DNA of 64,000 nucleotides from Cycas panzhihuaensis. Its lineage: Eukaryota > Plantae > Cycadophyta. The DNA is taken from NCBI GenBank assembly GCA_023213395.1, contig CM041465.1:133803741-133867740 (forward strand), given 5' to 3'. Shown here piece by piece: positions 25,640-37,579 of this stretch. The position numbers were made by a program, and so were the translations under genes. The notes under the pieces are model-generated. The model had not been told where the DNA came from. It made no database searches and was given only the letters and a program-made list of their open reading frames with translations. Within the stretch, counting starts at the first letter, position 1; each line of letters begins with the position of its first letter.

Positions 25640-26560
25640 TCCCCTAACCTAGGATTTCTTACAATTATAATATATGCCAAGTGTTCTTTCATTAGCTCTT
25701 TCTAAATCTTTAACCCTTTGTGTTACTCTTGTTGGCTCATATATACTATAACTACTATTTTGATGTTTCTAGAATCCTTAGTTACTTAGTCCTACTAACT
25801 TATGTATTGGATGATGGGATGCTATTTAGAATACCTTCGTAATATTTTGGAGATAAGATTCAATTTATATTATTATTTTAATAGCTATACTCAAGGTGCT
25901 TAGGGTGAAATGAAAAATATCTTCACCAATATTAGGTTACAGATTACTGATGTAGCATCAATGCACTTCCTTAGAAGTAATTCTAACCTTTAAATAGAGT
26001 TTTTCAAACTCATTTATATACTTTTTGATAGATTATCCATTTTGAAATTAGTGTGCTAATTAGATGGAATAAGGATCACTGTAATTATCTTCAATTTGGT
26101 CTTTAAAGGCTTCTTTTAAATGTTTAAAATTATTAAATTTTCCTTCCCTTTTCTATAGCATAGCCCATGTGTATATAGTCCCTTTAAGGTGGTTTATGGC
26201 AAATTTGATTTAATCTTTGGCATGACTAATATATAGTACATCGACGACATTTTCTATTTTTGCTAGTCATTCATCCATTATAAATTTACCCTCTTATGAG
26301 TAAGTTGGTATCTAATGATTATAGAAAAAAATTAGTTATTAAAACTCATCATTTCTTTTATGATCTATTCAATCATCATAACATCTTTTATTTTCTTTTT
26401 GATCCTCTTCATGTTTACTACTATTATTGGGATCCCCTAGATAAGCATCCCTTTTGAGATCTATCAAAAATTCTATCATCTTGGTTAGTCTAGTTATCTT
26501 AATATTGGATTTTTCTTGACTTTTATATATTATTTCCATGTTCCTCTTAGTTTTCATCTT
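25640..26560 (-). pseudogene. gag: decayed gag of B
   Basis: YNCKKS*VRGH|KC knuckle continues across the C insertion; FAINHLKGTIYTW-like gag segment ~26170-26210. Confidence 0.65.
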
Positions 26561-27191
26561 AAAGGATCAAAATTCTAAGTCCATTTTTTTTGGGTATTTA
26601 ACTATCTGAGGTTTCTAGTGTCCTAAATAAAGTTGCACAGTTATTCTACTACTTTTATATTTTCACCTCAATTATAAAATTTATAATAGCTTAAAATATG
26701 GACTCTTTTAAATTAGAATTCCAATGCTTTAGACGAATTCAAAATATAATCCATATAAAGGAAGTTATGGCCTTTTAAATTTGAGTTGTGATTATACTCT
26801 TAGGGATTACAATAGTACCTATCACTAAAATATAGATAACTTCTTTATATGATATCTAATATATCTAAAACCACTTGCAACAGAAAGTAAACATAGAGAT
26901 ACACAAATTAGAAAAATAATTAAGGTCAATTGGATATTTATATCTAAAGTTTTAACTATCTAAATTTATAATAGTAGATTTTAGGTTCTAAATATAGTGG
27001 CAAACAATAAGCTAGAAATAAATTCTCTATACTTTTCATAATTTTTCTTTAAAATCTATAATATAGCCACTCAAAATTTATATAACAAACCTATTTGACC
27101 TAAGTTCATGGTTATTTTTTAAAAATTCTTTTGTTTACACTTCCAAAAATGTAGATCCTTGGTTTGCCAAAAATGAGGCTCTTATACCACT

Positions 27192-27490
27192 TGAAGTGAT
27201 CCTAAATTGGATCTACTTCCATAAAGATAAAGAAAATTTAAATTAAAGTTGAATAGAAACTCTTAGGAGCCAAATGGTCAAAAGAACTCAAATGTATTAA
27301 CTCATAAAATATGATTTATAAGTGAATAATAGTTTTCTATTTATAGGTGTCAAATTTAACCATCTTTAAAAATACTGACTTCCTAAAAATAAAACCAACT
27401 TCTAATAAGATACATATACCCTAATTCTATTTGAGATTGACTTCTAATATATAATTTTATCAATTCCTATAAGTACCTTGGGTCATAACA
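27192..27490 (-). repeat. 5' LTR of B
   Basis: repeat of 14849-15139, next to the PBS, followed by TSD TTGCA. Confidence 0.92.
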
Positions 27491-29001
27491 TTGCACCCTT
27501 TAGAATTGATTATTTCTCCTTGCACCTTGCTAAGGAAGGAGTAGTTAAAATTCCCCCTCTATTATTCTTGCTTCTACTAAAGCTTGTCCTTCCATCCAAG
27601 GTAGATATTATATCACTTAGCCCATTGGTCTTTGAAAAGGCTTCTTTTAAGGTTTTTGGCTTTAAAATATTAACTTGACCTTAGATTGCTTTATTCAAGC
27701 TGCTTATAAATCTACCACCTTTATACTTTCCTCCCATATATAAGGGGTACATTTTAGAAGATTCATAAATTTCTTCTCATATTCTTCAACCTTCATCATA
27801 CATTACTTTACGTCATGGTAGGTATCTACTTTCATTTTAAAATAGTGTTATGAGAGGTACTTTTATTAGAAGCATTTATAGAACTTACTCCATTACAACT
27901 TCTTTTCTCTAATGCTTTTTATCTTTTTATGGTATGTCCACCATAAAAATGCACTTTAGGTAAGGTTATAAACTATTGAATTTATCTTCTCATTAGAAGT
28001 AGAGCTGTTAAATTGAAAATACTTCTTTATGCTTATTATCCATGCTTTAGCTTCATCATCTTCCTTAACTTTCCCACTAAAAATACATGGTCTTGCCTTT
28101 CAAAATTTGAATTAAAAGCTTCTCCTTATTAGACTTGTTTCCTCTTGGCCTCTTACCTCATGAAGTTAAGGTGTAATCTAAGAGTTTAGATTCACTAAAT
28201 TTATGTCTCCTTTTTCTTTCACTACTCCTAATAGTTCCTCATCTTTAAGCCCTTTTTTTGGTATTTCTTCTAGATAAATACTTTTGTGATTTTGCTTTTT
28301 TGCCATTGCTATGGATATTCTATGCACCTCTTTTTATTTGATTACATTCTAATGTTTTCTGAATGTTTGTGAGTATTATATTATACTCATTTAATATTCA
28401 CTCACCATCTTCTTTATGGATTTGAACTCACTCCTATAGACTATGAACTATTATAACTAATTCTACCTTAGACATCTTACCCAAATCTTCTTCCTCTTAT
28501 AGTTATTGGATTCCTACCAATGTTATTTCTTCATCCTCTTTATAATTTTGACTAAATTAACTATATTATGTATCTGCCATCATCTTAATTTCTTTATTCT
28601 CTTCATAATAATGGTTATATATAAACTTAGGTTTTATATATGATATAGAAAAAACTTTAAAATGTTATGTTCTGTCTTAATGTCAATTCATGAGGTTGAT
28701 CTAAGTGTTTGTAGAGAAGTTATTTAAACTTCTTGTTCTAGAGTTTTCTCAAGTTTTTTTTTTTTTTGGTAGAATTATCAAGGTTAACTAGGGTTCCATC
28801 GCTCAGTACTTGGCTTTGATGAGGTAATCGATGATGCATGCTCCACCTTCCTATGAGTTTTTAGCCCATGTAATACTTAAATCCATGGTAGTATTTCAGA
28901 TGCTAAAATGAGCCATAGGTTTAGAGAGAAATTTCACCTCATAAATTAACACTATAACTTGGATTTTATTGAGCTTTAAATCTTTTCACTCTGATACTAC
29001 T

Positions 29002-30849
29002 TCTAAAAACCTAATACCTTAATGGTGTAAAACAATAAAGAATATTTTATTATTTTTTCTTTATTTGACAACAAGGATGTTACCTTCTTAAGATTGTATA
29101 ATCTCAATCACTAAAATAATAATAATATATAACAAGCCATTAGAGTAGCAAATTATATTCTAAGTTGACAGAGTGAGGGTCATGAAATATATATCACACT
29201 ATGTGACACTAGTATGTGTGCACTTTACTCTTCATAATATGATTGAAATACATAATTAGAGTATAAATTTCTATATATGTAATATAATCTTGATATTCAT
29301 TTCATAACTTTTATAGAATATTTACATAAGATTAAGACATAATAAACTTATCTTTAAGTGGAAAAATTAGATTAGTCAAAGGTATTCACCACCCAACCAT
29401 TTAAGAACTCCACATAAGAATTTTCTATAAGATAAAGCATGCGATATGAATATTAGAGTACTTCCTTTTAACTCTTCACTCATACTATAACTTTGAATTC
29501 AACATCTTGAATATACTAGCTCATTATTATCAATTAGGCTATGGTTTAATGCAGAATCTTTAAAGCTTATTTGATGGTATCGTTCCCTATCTAACTTCTT
29601 CTCTTGCTAATATGTTAATAGTAAAATTAGTGGTAACTCATACATATGGTCCCAAACTAAATTATTAATGCATGGTCCTAAACTAAGCTATTATCATAGA
29701 TTACTAATGTATGGTATTAGTCCAATCAATTAATATATAATATTGACAAAGAGTCCTATATTGAGTTATTGCTACAAGTCACATAATATATATTTCTTCA
29801 CCATAGAAGAAGTTCCTACATATTAATCATAAGGGAAACCAATATGCTCATAATACCTTTTAAGAAAGCACCTACTTATTACAATATCATAACCTTGCCA
29901 ATAACATAGATTCTAATTTATCTAGTATAAGAAAAATTAATAATGCAAGGGTAAATATTACCTAATAAAAAACCTCTACCATATCCCACTCTATAATACA
30001 AACCATCCTTAACAATTCTCTCATTTCTCTCTTCCTTTAATATGCTCCTCTCTTCCTAGAAAAGAATAAAAACCTCCGGTTTAAAATAAAACAATGTACT
30101 CTTCCTCATACTCCTCCCTCTTTTTAAAGATGAAGAAGTCTCTAAAGCAAGTCTCCTCAAAATAAAAGGAGATTTTGCTAAAGTAAGTGAAATGATACTA
30201 GAGTCCATACTAGTTTAAAAGTAAGACTATCTTTTTTCCCATAAGGCTAATGTTACTAATACTAGCTTAAAAGTAAGACTTCCTTTTTCTATAAATCTCA
30301 TATCATTAATACTAGCATAAAAGTAAGTCTTTCCTTTTTTTAACAAGACTTCTATTATTAATATTAGCCTAGAAACAATACTTTCTTTCTTCCTACAAGT
30401 CTCCTATCATTAATATCTCTTTCTTATTATAAGAATGGTCTAGGATAAAAGGTGGCATCATTAAATAGAATTTGATATAATAGTCATGGCTTCTAGAATT
30501 TACCCTCTTATTTATGTTATATGTCCCATCTCATTTACTTTTATTCCCTAAACAATCTAGCCATATTTATTTAGTGGACTTAGTATTTATATTATTTATA
30601 ATATATGGGTATGTGGACCCCAAAATGTTTGCATATACATAACATTTTCATGTAGGCCTGCTAGTTCTGAGGTTTTATAATACCATATTCTAATGTGAAC
30701 TATAAACCAAGGTGTATCTTTCACACCTAATAGGGATTTTAGCTAGCTCCTATTTATATCAATGGATAATTATATTCAAGTACTAAGTGAAAACTTAAGA
30801 AGAGAATATATAATAAGGTATATATAATGGATACAAATAGGTTATTATA
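29002..30849 (-). repeat. 5' LTR of A (~1.85 kb)
   Basis: matches 6832-8392 and 11637-11726; adjacent PBS remnant at 28988-28999. Confidence 0.82.
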
Positions 30850-30987
30850 CTAAATACCTCATTTTTTAGCTCCCTTTATTTTATAAATACTTGGTTACAC
30901 ATTTTCCTTAATATCTTGGGAATATGGAATCAACTTTTAATTTTAAAAGTTGTATTAGAAAGTTGATTTAGCCCTCTTTAAAATGAT

Positions 30988-31308
30988 TGTTGGGGTTAAT
31001 GTTCATCACACCTCTCCCACCATTTATACATGTGAGTGCACACATGTGAAGGTAAGTAAGGTAAGGTTAAAGTTACTTTAGTTAAGCATTATTTTATTAT
31101 ATTTTAAAATTTGGAGGTTGAGGAGGTTTTCCTCCTCCCTCAAACTATATCTTTACTAGGTTGACAAACCCTGGTGTCTTTTGATACCACCTTTATTTTG
31201 GACATTTGTAATACTCTCTCAAAGATTAATTGAATACAAAGATTATTGTGTTTATGTTTTGATTACTTGATGCTTTTCTCCATTCTATCTCCATTTTACA
31301 AACCTTCA
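30988..31308 (+). repeat. 5' LTR of D
   Basis: TGTTG...CCTTCA, repeat of 35429-35749. Confidence 0.95.
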
Positions 31309-34300
31309 TTTGGTATCAGAGCTCAGATCTTACACTTATTTTTTTTTCTTTTTAAAAAGTAAGAAGATCCATTAGCCTTTGAAGTAGATCTACTTACGGC
31401 AAGCTAAATATTAGTTCTATTCATCTTCTACAAACTTGTTAGTAGTTTTTTATATTATTTTTCATTAAAAATTTGATTATTTCTGATTTATATTTGTAAA
31501 ATAAGACATATTTTCATAGATCTATGCAGGATCACAACTATAATTGGTAAAATATTTAAGATCTCATCACTTTACAAAGTTTTTATTAATAAGTTTTATA
31601 TATTTGATTAAATATTTGGCCATTTTTGGTATGTTTGGTCTATTTATTTAATATTTTTTCAGATCTATATAATAATTACTATATATTCAGCCCAACAGGT
31701 TTTTTAGAGAAGTTATATTGAGATTTTATTATTGATTCACCATTTTTTCAAGGTTTGGGAAGGAACTTATACTTTTACAGGCTGGTGTAGTCTCTACGGT
31801 GAATAAAACCCTAGTAAATCACCAGTCATTTCTAACCTCTCTGAGTCAGCTCTGTATTAGATTCAATGGCTTTGATTTTTAATGCTCTGACTAGGAGATC
31901 TTCCTCCTAGAAGCTTGTTTTTTTTTTTTTTTACAGTAAAACTCCACTGCCCTTCTGTCATTCTAGCTTATTTTTTAATAAATTTTTTTATGTGATAGGG
32001 GTGTAGGTCTGATACAAAATAGACCAAGTAAGTTCAGCCTAATTTTAAGCATTTCTTGGGTCACATAGTCTCTATAAAGGCACACAACCTCCCTAGGAAC
32101 CAGAGCTTCATTCTTTACGTATAAGCATATGCTCATCATGAAATTTGACAAAAATCTTGCCATCAACTGTATCGAGCTACTTCTCCAGTTTTGTCATATT
32201 TCGTTTCTCCGTTGGTGAGATCTAACCTATTGAAGTTTTCCCTCCAAGTGCTCCTTTTGTTGATATATATTTTTAAATTTTTATATAAAAAATTATATTT
32301 TTTTAAAAGATTTTTTATTGATCTACCTTTGTAGACTCTCTGCACCCATATCTAGTCAGTTTCTAAAGGAGTTTAATCATTTCTTAGACCGAAAAAATAT
32401 TTTTTCATTTTATATTTATTTTTTAAGTTTATTTTTTGGGTGACTTGATACCCTTAGTTTGACAAGCTTGTGCAGCAGATCTAGCACTCAAAACCCTTAT
32501 AAGTGACCACTAGTTATGATCCTTGTTGAGCCAATGAGCTAGTGAAAGAAATAGTTCGAGATTTCATTTATCATACAGTGAGATATCTCATCTTGATTGA
32601 CTGCTACTCTGTTTAGCCCCCATTCAGTCTACAGACTCGTTCTCAGTGCACAAGCAATGCATCGGCAAGAAACTTTACCAGCTCCTTAATGCCTAAGACA
32701 CCTTGCTTCCTATTAAATTTCTCCTCATTTCATGGCTTATAGAGTGATATCCATCCTTAGCTCCATTTTCTTAAGTTTTTCATCAGCCTTTCATTATTAT
32801 TTTTTTTTTGAATTTTTTTTACTAAATCTAGATTTATCTACTTATATGCCCTCCTCCATAAAAAATCCATATTTTAAATTATTGTTTTGTCTCTGGTTAT
32901 GTCTCTAGTTATCCACACAGTTCACCATTTGAATCCTTTGTATTAACATTTTTCATAATTAATTTTAATCAAAATCTATTATATATTATTTTGAAATCCA
33001 TTTGTAAAGTTCTTAAGACCCCTCAAGTTGTAAGCTCATGGTCACATTAGCCCATATAACCTTTAGTTCATTTATTAAAGGGGCTTATCTCAAGTTATAA
33101 ACTATTTTTTACTTTATTTTATTTTATTTTTCAAAATTTCCCTTAAAACATAAGGTACCTAGTTATTTTCTGCAATATCTTTTTACTGAGGTATCAGTTT
33201 CTAATGAAACCTATCATGTTAAGTCCAAAATTTGGAGCTAATTTTAATGAGATAAAGTCAATCATTTTTTTTTCAAAACCTTTTTAAGTTATTATCACAA
33301 AATTTCTTTTTTATTAGGTTATATTTTATCACCGAGAGGTCATTTTTTACCTAGATCTACTCTGTAACAATCTATTTTTAGTAAACTTTATCACTGTCTA
33401 CTTATTTTATTTTTGAGGATTTGTTTTAATCATTATTTTAATTGGTGAAAATGACACTTTAGTATTTTTTAATATATTTACATAAAAAGTATTACTTACA
33501 TTTTCAACTATATCTCCTCAACTAGAAATCAGATTTCTAAATTGTAAGATTCATTGTAATCCTGATTCAGAGCACTACTACCTAAAGCTATGTTTTGCTT
33601 GATTTGACTAATTATCTTACAGGTTTGAGTAGGTCAAAATTGACCTTATTTGTGCTACCTATTTTATTAACCTTGGAAGGACACTTCTAATGATTTCTTT
33701 AATATCTTAAGCTTCATATCTTATAATTAAGTATCATCTAATTTTGGTAAAAGATTTTTTAGAGATCTATAATTTTAAGTTATTTTTATTTTATTTTGAG
33801 TCTATTTTATAGGTGCTCCAAGCTATCAAAATTAAGCTACATAAAAGCTTTTAATTTGTTATTATTCCACATTTTTTATATACTATTTCTCAAGTTTATT
33901 GACTTAAAGCATATCAAGCAACTCTTTAAATTATATTTGATCATTTTATATTATTTTATAAGCTTTTTACTAGTATTTCATGATATTTTAAGCCCTTGGC
34001 TCCCGTTAATCCCTAAAAAGAGGACCATATCATTTATACATTAAAATTTTTACTTGCAAGAATTCATTCTTAAAACGATTAGTTCCATTGAATAGGTATT
34101 TTATTGATCTTCAAATTGGTATAATCTCACCTTATTTTGACATTGTTTAGTATAGCTTTGAAGCTGATCAACTTGAGCATTTGAGATATCCCAATAGGCT
34201 TATCCTCTTAACCTTTTCTTATGGAGTTCTTTCTTTTATTTCTTACTAATTGCTTATAATACATATTTGATCCTTTCATTTGACTTTTATATAGTTTCTT

Positions 34301-35428
34301 TAAGTTGATTTGTAGTAGAAATTGATTATATATACCTAAAGTAAGTGACAAGCCAAGTGGTCCTACAACCTAAAATGGGTACAATTCATTTTTTTTTGGA
34401 AGTTTTTTCTTCATATTTTTCAACATTCTAAAGTGAAAATATACATATATATATATATATTAGATTTCCTGCATTATATATCTTCATCAAGACAAAAGGA
34501 CTTCTTGCATTTAAAGAAAAAAAAAAAGATCATTCTTTGCTTAAGTTAAGTGTTTATTCATTTGAAAAATCAAAATGATAGAGTTTTTTTATTATTTTTC
34601 ATTAAGAAGTCTTATTTTAGATCTGCATAGTTAAAAAAGATCTTAGTTATTTTCTAAATTTGCTTATATAATCATTATATTTCAAAGTATATATGAAATT
34701 ATACCTTATAAATTCATCAATTTATTCTAAAGGCATACACTTATTGAAAGCATTTTTTCATTTATCATTATTGAAAAGTTCATTTACTTGCTACACTTAT
34801 AAAAGTTGCTTCTAGTTGGTAGCATATTTAACTTTCCAAAGGCATTTTTCTTTTTAAGGGCATTGCATTTTTTTTGAAATTTGATTAATTGCATATTTTT
34901 TTCAAAGAGTTTATTGTTTATTTCACCTTACTTAGACAATAATTATAGATTCTATTTATAGGGGAGAAACCCTCAATGTAAATAAATTTAACATTGATGT
35001 TGTTGAGCATGTGAGATAGATGTCAGAGAAGGTTATTTATGATGAAAAGACTAGTGAAGAAAATTCAAATCAAATGAATGATCACCTTGTTACACGTGAA
35101 GCTGATCCTTCATTTGAGAGGGAGAAACCTTATGATATGATAGTTACTCACAAACTAAAGATCTCAGAAGACAAAGTTAAAGTTCCAGGAAATAAAGTTA
35201 GAGTTATAGCCATTCATCTTCATTCAAGTTAAACTACACCTACTTGGACTTCATTTAAACCACTCAATATTAAAGAGACATACATCACTGAAAGGACGAG
35301 GCGAGTTGATGATGATAAAGCTAATAGACAAGCATTCAAAGTTTTTTTTTTAAGTTTTTTTCAAGTTCAAGTTTCACAAGTTTAAAGAGAAAAATGAAGA
35401 TATTCGTGATGACTATTAAGGGGGAGAA

Positions 35429-35749
35429 TGTTGAGGTTAATATTCATCACCCTACTCCCACTATTTACACATGTGAGTGCACACATATGAAGGTAAGTAA
35501 GATAAGGTTAAAGTTACTTTAGTTAAGTATTATTTTATTATATTTTAAATTTTGGAGGTTGAGGACGTTTTCCTCCTCCCTCAAACTATATCTTTATTGG
35601 AGTGACAAACTCTAGTGTCTTTTGACACCACCTTTATTTCAGACATTTGTAATACTCTCTCAAAGATAGATTGAATACAAAGATTATTGTGTTTATGTTT
35701 TGATTACTTGATGTTTGGCTCCGCTCTATCTCTATTTTACAAACCTTCA
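35429..35749 (+). repeat. 3' LTR of D
   Basis: follows PPT; repeat of 30988-31308. Confidence 0.95.
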
Positions 35750-36683
35750 CTGATAACCCACTTGAAGCATTTTAGAGATATTTTATTACATAAAATTTAG
35801 TTCAAATTGAAGACAAGAGTTAAAAATAATAGTTTTTATAAGTCTTTCATTATATTTAGCCACATTTATCTCTTTTCAAAGGTTCTAAATCATTTGACAA
35901 TTATTATATTGATGTTATATATTTTTGAAGGGATAAAAATATTAAAATTTATCTTATATGATCTAGTTAAGGCTTTAAAGAGCCCATATTATAAAAAATA
36001 TCATAAGAGAGAGAGAGAGTCATTTGATGTATTTTTGGGATTACATCTTATTTTAACTCATTGTTAAGATATATCACTAGATTTTATAAGCCCATTATGG
36101 TATTTGTAAATCCATAAAGGTAATTTGAGAGCCCATAGAGGCATGTGTAAGGCCATGATAGCCTATTTTAATGTGTTTCTAGATGTTGAAGCCATTGTTA
36201 ATGTGTTTTTAGGCATGCGTTCCTAAAGAAGTTATTATCTAATGCTCATTTGTAAGGGCTAAGAGTGTATGTTACCATTGCTACTCAACTTGTTCACTTG
36301 GTCAGGTAATTCAACCTATTTTTAGAATGGTTAAAAAGTGTTAATAGAACAATGTATCTTAAGGAGTTACCTATAAGACTAGTAGTTACAGTAATTGGTT
36401 ACCCATATGGTCTGGTGGATAGAGTTTTCTTCATATTGAATTTAGCAAATTAATAAAACTAATTATTTGAGTAGCTTGTGAAAAAGGAGATAGTACTCCT
36501 CCTTATGATTTAATAATTTTTTATGAAGATTTGAAAGATGAATCTTTTTAGCTCACTTGACTTAGCTATGTAAGATAATGTGTTATTGGAGTGATATTGA
36601 TGTGGTTGAGATAATTTGAGATCTGATAAATTTATTTTTAAAGATTATATTTAATTTTATAATTAAATATTATGGGGAAGAAA

Positions 36684-37021
36684 TGTTGGGATAATATTTA
36701 ATTACTTTATTATAAAGTTATGTAAGTGATGTTAAGTCCTCCACTCTCTTCATGTAATATTATGAGTACCATTAACATGTATGTATACTCTTACCTATTC
36801 ATGTATTATCCCATTAGTGGATATAGAGGTTCTCTATATAATTGGTTAGATAAGAGGTCAATTGGTCTTATAAATATGTATATTCATTTAATATAATTAT
36901 TTGAATGGTGATTATTCTTCTACCATTTATTATATTTTTTTATTATATGTATATGCCATATTTCTTGCTTTTATATTTATCTTTCCTTGATTCCATATTT
37001 ATCTATAAATTATTTTCATTA
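36684..37021 (+). repeat. 3' LTR of X1
   Basis: after PPT; distal ~255 bp repeat 5082-5340. Confidence 0.75.
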
Positions 37022-37316
37022 GTATTTTTACTTTTAGTACTCACATTCTTGAAAAGATAGGTTTCACTATTATGATATTAACTCAAGTATCTCTACTTTC
37101 AACTCTTGGATTGTTGAAGAAGATAAATATTCTTATTATATAGATGGTCTTATTAGTGATTTTGATTCATATGATAGACTTTCATTTGTTCAAAAGTAGT
37201 TAAAATAAGTTTAGAATGTTCTTGTTACAGTTGGTTTTGATATATGTGATCCTTCCACTTTAAGAAGACTTATTCTTACTATAATTGGTTTTGATATAGA
37301 TGATCCTTATATATCA

Positions 37317-37320
<4 letters not shown>

Positions 37321-37382
<62 letters not shown>
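37321..37382. repeat. (CA)n(TA)n compound microsatellite at the L1 3' end
   Basis: direct reading. Confidence 0.97.
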
Positions 37383-37383
<1 letters not shown>

Positions 37384-37579
37384 TGATAAGGTGAAATGTA
37401 ATTAAGTGTGGGTTTGAAAATAAGCTCCCATAACCTAGTACATCAGTAATGATTTAACATCTAGACTGAAATGGACCGTGACACCCCCACGATCTGAGGA
37501 AGAAATTAAGTTAAAGAAAGGCCAAGATAAGCCCCATGGCTAGCTATCTCGAGGACTTTCAGACTCAACCAATCTCATA

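Larger units (their letters stand above)
14849..27490 (-). mobile_element. Ty3/gypsy element B, Reina-like chromovirus, nested in A
   Basis: LTRs 14849-15139 and 27192-27490 (~85% by eye); exact TSD TTGCA (14844-14848, 27491-27495); PBS tggtataagagc 27178-27189; PPT aagggaagggac 15141-15152. Confidence 0.92.
6832..30849 (-). mobile_element. Ty3/gypsy element A, Tekay/Del-like chromovirus with ~1.85-kb LTRs, highly decayed
   Basis: LTRs 6832-8392 + 11627-11726 and 29002-30849; PBS remnant ctctgatacta 28988-28999; PPT (ctcctccttg) at ~11731; TSD ctaag/ctaaa; chromodomain-like PI*ILDQRVK...IKV*WNH at ~11800-11930; gag W.KF..CF..KY at ~27800-27900. Confidence 0.8.
30988..35749 (+). mobile_element. 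non-coding LTR element D (LARD-like, SIRE-type PPT signature)
   Basis: 321-bp LTRs 30988-31308 and 35429-35749 (~29 differences, ~91%); perfect PBS TGGTATCAGAGC 31311-31322; PPT aagggggagaa 35418-35428; TSD atgat/ctgat; no gag/pol motifs recognised in the 4.1-kb interior. Confidence 0.9.
5082..37021 (+). mobile_element. non-autonomous (LARD-like) LTR element X1, host of nested A/B/C, X2 and D
   Basis: 5082-5340 aligns with ~36762-37021; PBS tggtatca at 5343; PPT ggggaagaaa before TGTTGGG at 36684; internal pieces 5341-6831, 30850-30987 and 35750-36683 are collinear with X3. Confidence 0.7.

Noticed and set aside
30197-30417. Regularly spaced repeats resembling a CRISPR array
   Set aside because: Degenerate tandem subrepeats in a plant LTR; no unique spacers and no cas genes
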